Source: Anaeramoeba ignava BMAN (Eukaryota; Protista; Anaeramoebae). From it: a stretch of 64,000 bases of DNA. The notes beneath the pieces are model-generated. The model saw nothing but the letters and a program-made list of their open reading frames with translations, was not told the origin of the DNA and ran no database searches. The position numbers and the translations under genes were made by a program. Positions 1 to 9,723 of this stretch are shown piece after piece (position 1 is the first letter of the stretch; the number at the start of each line of letters is the position of its first letter). The stretch spans positions 434,001 through 498,000 of the forward strand of contig JAPDFW010000070.1 of the NCBI GenBank assembly GCA_028826165.1. Direction: 5' to 3'.

Positions 1-2160
1 ATTCACTTTTGCTCCAGAACTTAATAAGAATTTAACAACAGAAAATATAAATGGAGGTTGACAAGCATAATGTAATGGAGTTGAATTCTAAAACAAAAAA
101 AAAGGATTATTAAGATTCTATTTCTATATTTAGATTTTTATACATTCTAACAACAAAAAAATTAATTTAAATATTAGAAAAAAAATATAATAAATAATTA
201 ATTATTACTCTCTATTAAAATTTGTTTTTAATTTATGAAAGAAAAGAAAAAAAAGTAAATTATTTACATTCATTAAATTAGGATCTGCACCTGAATCAAT
301 TAAAATTTTAATTATAGATTCTTCAGTTTTGTTAATACAAGCTAAATGAAGAGGTGTTGTGAGCTTTTTGAATGATTATAAATTAATTTCACCATTTTCA
401 TTTTCTTTATTCTATAGTTTTTTTTATTTACATCCTTTATAATATTGTTTTTTTTTACAATTATTCAATTAATTTCAATAATCATCTTATTAATTTACTT
501 TCTATTCAATTAATCAAAACGAATAATTTTTAAATGTAATTTTTAATTTATAAATAAAATTACATTTTGTGCATTAATTTCTGCTTTTAAACCAATTAAA
601 CCTTCAATTAATTCTTTTGAAGGAACATAAAATAAATCAGAGCTTAAAGGTGTTCCTGTCTAAATATTTGTCGAAATTAATTAGAATGAATAACAAATAA
701 AAATTACTTACATTTCTAAGTTTGGAGACATTAAAAAAACTGTCTGAAGTTTGAAATTTAGGAACATTTGTGCAAGCTAAATGAAATGGGGTATTTTGCT
801 TTTGATTGCATTGTATTTTTTTTAATTTAAATCAATATACAAATCTAATTGGAAAATTTTTTTTTCTTTTTTAAAGATTACAGACTTTAAATTTAGTAAA
901 TCAATAAATTTATATCTTTTTATTCTTTAAATTCCAAAAACAAAAAAAAAATACTTTCTAATAATATTCAGAAAAAATTTTTTATTATTATTAAAAAAGA
1001 TATCTAAAATTAATTTAATTCAAATATTAATTCAAATATTAAATCAATTATTAATTCAAATATTAATTCAATTATTAATTCAATTATTAATTCAATTATT
1101 AATTCAAATATTAATTCAATTATTAATTCAAATATTAATTCAAATATTAATTCAATTATTAATTCAAATATTAATTCAATTATTAATTCAATTATTAAAT
1201 CAATTATTAATTCAAATATTAATTCAATTATTAAATCAATTATTAATTCAAATATTAATTCAATTATTAATTCAATTATTAATTCAAATATTAATTCAAT
1301 TATTAATTCAAATATTAATTCAAATATTAATTCAAATATTAATTCAAATATTAATTCAATTCAATTATTAATTCAAATATTAATTCAATTACATCCTTTG
1401 AGTTAATATTTGCTCCAGAAATAACAAGTGTTTGAATCACTTCAATTGGTGATTTATATAAACAAGCAAAATGAAGAGGAGTTGAACCCTTATGAAAAGA
1501 ATAAGGAAAATCAAATATTTTAAATTATATTTTCATTTACTTCCCAAAAAAATTTAACATTTACTTTCTAAAAGAAAAGAAAGTTAAAAAGAAATGAAAA
1601 TTATTTAATTAAACAAAAACAATTTAAATACATCCTAAAAATTTATTAATAAAAGAAAAAAGCAAAAAATTTTTTTTATTATTATTATTTTTATTATTAT
1701 TTTTTTTTAGATTTAGTTTAAATTATTTACATTTTGGATATTTGGTTCAGCACCTGATTGTAAAAGAAAATTGATTATTTCAAGTCTAAAAGGTCTTTGG
1801 CATGCGTAATGAAGAGGTGAATGATTCTTGTGATGATATTTTTGAATAAATTATTAAATATATTATTTAATTATTTTCTTAATAATTTGAGATTAAAATG
1901 AATCGAACTAAATATAATAAAAAATTACTGTCTAAATGAATAAAATTATATAAGAATTGATTTTTGCTTTTCTCATTTTATTTACATTCTAAATTAATTT
2001 TAATAAATTTACAAACAATTTCAAAACAAAAAAAAGAAAAAAAGATTTGATTTTACATCCAATTTATTAACTTTAATTTTTTTTTTGTTCCTCCTTTTAA
2101 TTGTTTTTTGAGTTTAAATTTTTCAAGTTCTCCTTGTTGAACGAATTTAAAAATTGACAT
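1..2160 (-). CDS. Ankyrin-repeat protein (3' end outside window); roughly one repeat per exon plus paired 3-nt microexons
   Basis: Manual minus-strand splice. Exons: 2160-2057 (MSIFKFVQQGELEKFK...), 1826-1731 (NHSPLHYACQRPFRLEIINFLLQSGAEPNIQN), 1488-1393 (GSTPLHFACLYKSPIEVIQTLVISGANINSKD), 798-712 (QNTPFHLAC...), 659-564 (TGTPLS...KAEINAQN), 363-268 (LTTPLHLACINKTEESIIKILIDSGADPNLMN), 87-1 (NSTPLHYACQPPFIFSVVKFLLSSGAKVN). TPLH...LL..GA.N ankyrin consensus; all introns GT-AG, phase 0. Exon 1 is 104 nt and needs a 1-nt fix, probably in the A10 run at 2077-2086. Confidence 0.93.
144..211 (-). other. Pair of 3-nt microexons: 211-209 AGA (R) and 146-144 AAT (N)
   Basis: taatag-AGA-gtaata and gttag-AAT-gtataa; gives LMN-R-N-NSTPLH. 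Confidence 0.85.
432..501 (-). other. Pair of 3-nt microexons: 501-499 AAA (K) and 434-432 GAT (D)
   Basis: gaatag-AAA-gtaaat and ataaag-GAT-gtaaat; gives AQN-K-D-LTTPLH. Confidence 0.85.
882..957 (-). other. Pair of 3-nt microexons: 957-955 AAA (K) and 884-882 TCT (S)
   Basis: attag-AAA-gtatt and ttaaag-TCT-gtaatc; gives SKD-K-S-QNTPFH. Confidence 0.85.
1015..1390. repeat. Intronic 12-bp tandem repeat (TTAATTCAAATA/TTAATTCAATTA)n
   Basis: Directly visible; expands one ankyrin intron (958-1392) to 435 nt. Confidence 0.9.
1565..1634 (-). other. Pair of 3-nt microexons: 1634-1632 GAT (D) and 1567-1565 AAA (K)
   Basis: ttttag-GAT-gtattt and ttttag-AAA-gtaaat; gives IQN-D-K-GSTPLH, a canonical ankyrin hairpin. 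Confidence 0.88.
1929..1988 (-). other. Pair of 3-nt microexons: 1988-1986 AAT (N) and 1931-1929 ACA (T)
   Basis: Minus strand reads tttag-AAT-gtaaa and tttag-ACA-gtaat; gives KLD-N-T-NHSPLH. Confidence 0.85.
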
Positions 2161-2204
2161 TAAAAAAAAAAATGAAAAATGAAAAATGAAAAATTTTTTG
2201 TTCC

Positions 2205-3420
2205 AAATAATTTTATAAATAATTTTATAAATAATTTTATAAATAATAATTTTACAAATAATTTTATAAATAAAATTTTATAAATAATTTTTTAATAATT
2301 TTACAAATAATTTTTATAAAATAATTTTGACATTAAAAATGAAAAATGAAAAATGAAAAATTTTATAAATAATTTTAAATAATTTTATAAATAATTTTAT
2401 AAATAATTTTATAAATAATTTTATAAATAATTTTATAAATAATTTTATAAATAATTTTATTAATAATTTTATAAATAATTTTATAAATAATTTTATAAAT
2501 AATTTTTATAAATAATTTTATAAATAATTTTATAAATAATTTTATAAATAATTTTATAAATAATTTTTATAAATAATTTTATAAATAATTTTATAAATAA
2601 TTTTATAAATAATTTTATAAATAATTTTATAAATAATTTTAATAATTTTATAAATAATTTAATTTAATAAATAATTTTATAAATAATTTTATTCTTTTAT
2701 AAATAATTTTTATAAATAATAATTTAAATAATTTTATAAATAATTTTATAAATAATTTTAAAATAATTTTATAAATAATTTTATAAATAATTTTTAAATA
2801 ATTTTTATAAATAATTTTATAAATAATTTTATAAAAATAATTTTATAAATAATTTTATAAATAATTTTATAAATAATTTTATAAATAATTTTATAAATAA
2901 TTTTATAAATAATTTTATAAATAATTTTATAAAATAATTTTATAAATAATTTTATAAATAATTTTATAAATAATAATTTTATAAATAATTTTATAAAATA
3001 ATTTTATAAATAATTTTATAAATAATTTTATAAATAATTTTATAAATAATTTTATTAATAATTTTATAAAATAATTTAATAAATAATTTTATTCCACTTT
3101 TTGAAATAATTTTAAAAATAATTTTATAAATAATTTTATTAATAATTTTATAATTAATTTTATAAATAATTTTATTAATAATTTTATAATTAATTTTATA
3201 AATAATTTTATTAATAATTTTATTCCACTTTTTATAAATAATTTTATAAATAATTTTATAAATAATTTTATAAATAATTTTATATTTAATTTTATAAATA
3301 ATTTTATAATTAATTTTATAAATAATTTTATAAATAATTTTATAAATAATTTTATAAATAATTTTATAAATAATTTTATAAATAATTTTATAATTAATTT
3401 TATAAATAATTTGTAAATAA
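2205..3420. repeat. Intergenic 12-bp tandem repeat (ATAAATAATTTT)n between divergent genes
   Basis: About 1.2 kb of near-perfect units. Confidence 0.92.
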
Positions 3421-3638
3421 ATCTTTAAATAAAATTTGAAAGAAAAAAAAAAGGTGAAAAAATGATATCCCCTTTTTTATTTTAATTTTAATTTTAATTG
3501 TTTTTTTTTTTGCTTTTTTTTTTTTGCTAAATGAAAAAAAAATTAAAATGAAAAACAATAATTTATTTTTCTTTTTTCTTTCCTTTTATTTTTTCTTATT
3601 TCATTCCTTTTACTTTATCTTATTTTATTTTTAATAAA

Positions 3639-5808
3639 ATGGGACAAAAAGCAACCAAAACAACAAAAGTTTCAAGAGGTCAATTAAAGTCTTATATGAA
3701 AATGATACATTATTCAAAAGAAGCAATTTGTTTAGTTAAACCCGATGGATATTTTATTGATTTCAATCAACCTTTTATGGAAATTTGGGAAGCTAAAAGC
3801 AGAGAACAACTTTTTGCGTTAACTCCTGGTATACTTGCTCCTCCTTTTCAACCACATATGGGAATGGATAGTCAATCCGCAATGGAAAAAGTTATCGGAA
3901 CTGCAATAAAGTAATTATTTTATTTTATTTTATTTTTTTATTTTTCAATAAGAAGAAAAAATTTTTTTTTTCTCAGTTTTTTCCATCTCATTTATATTTA
4001 ATTATAAAATTTAATTTTATTTAATTTCATTTTGGATTGTATTTAATTTTTATTTCTTAAGTATTTTATAAGTTAAATTATAATTAAAAATAAATTACAA
4101 GTTATTATAAAATTTAAATATAATTTTATCAAAAATTTATATTTAAAATCTATTAACCTTAATTTTGATCATTTTCAAATATAAATTTAAATCTATATTT
4201 ATATTAACAATCTATTAACCTTAATTTTGATCATTTTTAAATATAAATTTAAATCTAAATTAATAATCTATTAACCTTAATTTTGATCATTTTTAAATAT
4301 AAATTCAAAATCTATATTTATATTGACAATCTATTAACCTTAATTTTGATCATTTTTAAATATAAATTTAAATCTAAATTAATAATCTATTAACCTTAAT
4401 TTGATCATTTTTTTAAATCATTTTAAATTAAAATTAAATTCTTAATTTTTGATCATTTTCAAATCTAAATCTATATTTATATTAACAATATATTAACCTT
4501 AATTTTAATCATTTTAAATATAAATTTAAATCTATATTAATATTAACAATCTATTAATCTTAATTTTTGATCATTTTTAAATATATTAACAATCTATTAA
4601 TCTTAATTTTGATCATTTTTAATATAAATTTAAATCTATATTAATATTAACCTTAAATTTGAATATTTTCAAATATAAATTTTAATCATTTTAAATCTAT
4701 ATTTATATTAACAATCTATTAATCTTAATTTTTAACCATTTTAAATATAATTTTAAATCTATATTTATATTAACAATCTATTAACCTTAATTTTTAGCCA
4801 TTTCAAATATAAATTTTAAATCTATATTAATATTAACAATCTATTAACCTTAATTTTAATCATTTTAAATATTAATATTAACAATCTATATTAATATTTA
4901 ATCTATTTTTTAATTTTAATAATTTTTAAATATAAATTTAAATCTATATTTATATTAACCTTAATTTTAATCATTTTAAATATAAATTTAAATCTATATT
5001 TATATTAACAATCTATTAACCACAATTTAATCATTTTAAATATAAATTTAAATCTATATTTATATTAACCTTAATTTTAACCATTTTAAATATAAATCTA
5101 AATCTATATTTATATTAACAATTTATTAACCTTAATTTTGATCATTTTAAATATAAATTTAAATCTATATTAATATTTAAAATCTATTAATCTTAATTTT
5201 GATCATTTTAAATATAAATTTAAATCTATATTTATATTAACCTTAATTTTGATCATTTAAATATAATTTTAAATCTATATTAATATTAAAATTATAAAAG
5301 GAGTGAAACTGGATTTCATGATTTCGACTTCCTTCAAACTACTGTTGATGGAAAAGAATTTTGGGCACATGTATGGTTAAAATTTGTTCGAGTAGATAAA
5401 CAAGATGCTTGTCAAGCAATTATGAAAAGAATTGAAAATCCAATGGAATCTTATCAAAAACAAGAAATTTCTGATAAATATTTAAATTTAAACCTTCAAA
5501 ATGACACATCCGATACCAGTGAAACACCATCACTTGCAGAAATGACAAGAAGATTTGGAAATTTAGAAGATAAATCAAAAGAATTAAAAAAAGCTTCTGA
5601 AAATTTGAAAAGTTTAGTTTTACCTTATTCTGACGAAAAAACTCAAGAAATTTCAAAATCTATTGAATCTGTCTTGAGTTTATCTCAAAGAAATTCTGAA
5701 GTCAACAAAAAAATTACTCAAGCTCAAAATCTTTTTAATTCTTTAAAAACTAAACAGAAAGAATTTTTTGATTTAATTACTCAAATTTCTGATTTAACAA
5801 AAAATTAA
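3639..5808 (+). CDS. PAS-domain protein with candidate N-myristoylation start (MG) and C-terminal coiled coil
   Basis: Exon 1 3639-3910, GT-AG intron 3911-5300, exon 2 5301-5808. Spliced protein: ...EAICLVKPDGYFIDFNQPFMEIWE...K|SETGFHDFDFLQTTVDGKEFWAHVWLKFV..., matching the PAS/PAC pattern (I.l.d.dG.i...N; ..DG..FW..V). Confidence 0.8.
4130..5290. repeat. Intronic minisatellite, ~50-65 bp unit (AAATATAAATTTAAATCTATATTTATATTAACAATCTATTAACCTTAATTTTGATCATTTT), ~20 degenerate copies
   Basis: Unit recurs throughout the PAS gene intron. Confidence 0.88.
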
Positions 5809-5814
5809 ATTTCC

Positions 5815-6092
5815 AAATCAAAATCAAAATCAAAATCAAAATTAAAATCAAAATCAAAATCTAAATCAAAATCAAAATTAAAATCAAAATCTAAATCAAA
5901 ATTCAAATTAAAATTAAAATCAAAATCTAAATCAAAATCAAAATCAAAATCTAAATCTAAATCTAAATCTAAATCAAAATTAAAATCAAAATCTAAATCT
6001 AAATCTAAATCAAAATTAAAATTAAAATCTAAATCAAAATCAAAATTAAAATCAAAAATCTAAATCTAAATCAAAATCTAAATCAAATTCAA
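5815..6092. repeat. (AAAATC/AAATCT)n hexamer repeat downstream of the PAS gene
   Basis: Directly visible. Confidence 0.85.
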
Positions 6093-6336
6093 AATGTTTT
6101 TTTCATAAGAAAATTAATAAGAAATAAAAAATGGAATTTCCAATTTATTCCAATTTATTCCAATTTATTCCAATTTATTTCTTTTGCTTTTTCTTAATTA
6201 AAAAAAAAACAAAATCTTTTTTTTTTTAATTTTAATTTTTAATTTTTTAATTTTTCATTTTTTTCTTTTTTCTTTTTTATTTTCTTATTGTTCGTTAAAA
6301 AAAACAAAAACAAAAACAAATTTATTTCTTTAATAA

Positions 6337-8240
6337 ATGGATGATTTAAGATATGAAATTGGAGATTCATCACAAGAAACACAAGAACTTGATATTCAAG
6401 CATTAGAAAAAAAAGCCAAGCAAGTAATTTCAGGATGGAAACAAAACAAACCGAATCAAGATTTAAAAGCAATATCAACAAAACAAAAAGAATTTGAAAA
6501 AAATGTAAAGATTATAAATCACGAAATTGAAAAAATGGCGAATGAACTTGAAAATGCAGAAGAACATCAAATTCATCTTCATGAGTTGCAAATAATCCAA
6601 AAGTTCCACAAACAATATATGGATGAAATCAAGAAATTCAAGCAGATTCGTGATCAAAAAATTAAATTAGCAAAAGATTGGTATTCAACTCATTTATCAA
6701 CTTTGGATAAAATTTTGGAACAGGAAGTTTCTGATGCTCAATCTATTTTTATGAAACAATCTCAGTCTTTACAAGATAAATTAGTCTTTCAAGCAAGAGA
6801 ATCAAGGAAACTATTGAGATTACCAAGAGAACAAACTAAAATTACAGAGAGTATTTCATTTTAATTTTAATTATTTTTATTTTAATTATTTTTATTTTAT
6901 TATTTTTTTTATTTTTATTTATTTTTATTTATTTTTGAAAATAGATTCAAAAAGAAAAATTGAAGAACCGTTTGAAAATTTTAATTGTATTTTATCCTTT
7001 TAACAATTATTAATAAAATTATTAATAAAATTAAATATAAAAATTAAATATAAAATTAATTTATAAAATTATTTATAAAATTATTTATAAAATTAATTAT
7101 AAAATTATTAATAAAATTAAATATAAAATTATTAATAAAATTATTTATAAAATTATTTATAAAATTATTTATAAAATTATTTATAAAATTAATTATAAAA
7201 TTATTTATAAAATTAATTATAAAATTAATTATAAAATTAATTATAAAATTAAATATAAAATTATTTATAAAATTAAATATAAAAATTTATAAAATTTTTA
7301 TAAAAATAAAATTAAAATTTATAAATTATTTATAAAATTATTTATTAAATTATTTATTAAATTATTTATAAAATTATTTATAAAATTATTTATAAAATTA
7401 TTTATAAAATTAATTATAAAATTATTTATAAAAATTAATTATAAATTAAATATAAAATTATTTATAAAATTAATTATAAAATTAATTATAAATTTATTAA
7501 TAAAATTAATTATAAAATTATTTATAAAATTAATTATAAAATTAAATATAAAATTAAATATAAAATTATTTATAAAATTATTTATAAAATTAATTATAAA
7601 ATTAATTATAAAATTATTTATAAAATTATTTATAAAATTAATTATAAAATTAATTTATTAATAAAATTAATTATAAAATTATTAATAAAATTATTAATAA
7701 AATTAATTATAAATTTATTAATAAAATTATTTATAAATTTATTTATAAAATTATATATAAAATTATTTATAAAATTATTAATAAAATTAATTATAAATTT
7801 ATTTATAAAATTAAATATAAAATTAAATATAAAATTATTTATAAAATTAATTATAAAATTATTTATAAGTTTTCGAGAATAAAAGACAAAATAAAACAGA
7901 TGATTTAGAAACAATTGAAAAATTATTGAAAATTCCAACAAATGAACCAAATAAATTCGAAGTTCATGATCAATATTTATATTATGAAAAAGCTAAATAT
8001 GAAATTGGAGAATATATTAATCTTATTCAAGATTCAGGAAAAACTTTTTATGGAAAACTTATTAAAATTACTCCAAAAATTGTAAAAAAAAATTTTAATT
8101 AGATTTTTTTTTTTAAATTAATTTAATTTTGACATTTTTTTTTTTCATTTTAGATTCAATTACAATTTGAAGATCAATCAACAAAAGAATTTAAAATTCA
8201 AAATTTAAATTCAGATAAATACAAATTATCTGGAGTTTAA
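6337..8240 (+). CDS. Sds3/BRMS1-like Sin3-HDAC complex subunit
   Basis: Exons 6337-6850, a probable small exon 6945-6969 (1 nt out of phase; skipping it keeps frame), 7870-8081, 8154-8240. The coiled coil H..YMDEIKKFKQIRDQKIKLAKDWYSTHL...EQEVSDAQSIF resembles the Sds3-like family. The C-terminal FEVHDQYLYYEKAKYEIGEYINLI...FYGKLIKITPKIIQLQFEDQSTKEFKIQNLNSDKYKL resembles the Sds3 C-terminal Tudor-like domain. Confidence 0.7.
7010..7865. repeat. Intronic 12-bp repeat (ATAAAATTATTT/ATAAAATTAATT)n
   Basis: Directly visible in the Sds3-like intron. Confidence 0.88.
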
Positions 8241-8374
8241 TTAACTTTTGCTTTTGTTACTCTCTTTTTTATCTCTCAACTTTCATTTTCATTTTCATTT
8301 TCAAATTTTATTTCCTTTTCATTTTTTCAAATTTTATTCAATTTTCAATTAAAAAAATTAACAACAAAATTTAA

Positions 8375-8445
8375 TTTTTTCATTTTTTCATTTTTTCATT
8401 TTTTCATTTTTTCATTTTTCATTTTTTCATTTTTTCATTTTTTTT
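8375..8445 (+). promoter_or_regulatory. Reiterated (TTTTTCA)n initiator-like element just upstream of the calmodulin-like ATG
   Basis: About 9 copies of TCATTTT end a few nt before ATG 8449; the same motif precedes many other starts in the window. Confidence 0.5.
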
Positions 8446-8448
8446 AAA

Positions 8449-9373
8449 ATGACTCAACAAGTTTTAACAGAAGAACAAATTAAAGAATTTAAAGAAACTT
8501 TCCGTCTTTTTGATAAAGATGGAGATGTAAAAAAAAAAAAGTGAAAAAATTTTTTAAATATAAATTTTAAATATAAATTTTGTTTTTTTAAAAAAAAGGG
8601 AGAAATTACTGCACTTGAATTAAAAAGTATGCTACAAAGTCTTGGACAAAATCCAACAGATCAAGATATTCAAAATATGGTAAAAATAATTTAAAAAAAT
8701 AATTAAAAATAATAATTAAAAAAAAAAGCAAAAAAAAAATTTTAATTTGATTAAATTTTGGAAATTTTTTCTGTTAAAAAATTTAATATAGATTAAAGAA
8801 GTTGATGTTGATGGAGACGGGTATTTTGTTTAATTAATAATCCTTCTTTTAAAACAAAAACAAATTTTCCAAAAATTAATTCTTTTTTTTAATTATTTTT
8901 AATTATTTTTATTTTTTTAAAAAAAAAAGCAAAATTCAAGAAAATGAATTTTTGAAAATTTTTGAAAGAAGATTAAATGCTGAAGAAGATGAGAATTTTG
9001 TTCAGATGGTTTTTAAACTTCTTGATAAAGTTTGATTTTAAAATGAAAAAATTTGAAAATCGGAAAAAAAAAATAATAAGAAAATTTAATTAATATTTTT
9101 TACTTTTTTTTTTTTGGAAAAGGATGATGATGGTTATATTACTTCTGCAGAATTAAATCATTTTCTTAATAGTATTGGAGAAAGAATGACATCTGAAGAA
9201 TTGGAAATTTTAATAAATTTTGCTGATACAACTAAACAAGGAAGAGTTTCTTTTGAAGGTATTTAATTGATTTTTTTTAAAAAAAAATAATTGATGAATT
9301 TTTTTCATTTTTTATTCCAAAAAAAAAATAACAAAAAAAAATAGATTTTAAAAGAGTTGTATTAATGAAATGA
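8449..9373 (+). CDS. Calmodulin-like EF-hand protein (6 exons)
   Basis: MTQQVLTEEQIKEFKETFRLFDKDGD|GEITALELKSMLQSLGQNPTDQDIQNM|IKEVDVDGDG|KIQENEF...LLDK|DDDGYITSAEL...DTTKQGRVSFED|FKRVVLMK*. EF1-EF3 are canonical and EF4 is degenerate. Missed by the ORF track because of short exons. Confidence 0.92.
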
Positions 9374-9723
9374 TTTTATTTTACTTCATTTAAATCAAGA
9401 AAAAGAAAAAGATTTTTTAATTTTACTTTTTTTAAAGCAAATTCATATCTAAAAAAAATACTAAAAAATAATTTAAAAAATTTTTTTCTTTTTTTTTTTT
9501 CAATTTGAATTTATTATTTTGAGAATTGAAAAGAAAAAATAAGAAAGAAAAAACAAAGAAAAAACAAAGAAAAAAGATAAAACATGTACACAAAAGATAT
9601 CAAATGAAAATTGAAAGCAAATCATTTTGTGTTGCAAATCAAAAAAAAAATTATGAATGAATAATTAGATGGAATTATTATAAAACAAGAATTGAAAAAG
9701 AAGAACAAAATTTTGAATAGAAA

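Noticed and set aside
841-844. AG-ATTT-GTA possible 4-nt microexon in the ankyrin gene
   Set aside because: It would break the frame and leave 37-42 nt introns, shorter than any other here; the two 3-nt exons already complete the repeat.
4130-5290. CRISPR-like appearance of the 50-65 bp and 150-bp repeat arrays
   Set aside because: There are no unique spacers and no cas genes, and the context is eukaryotic intronic/intergenic DNA.
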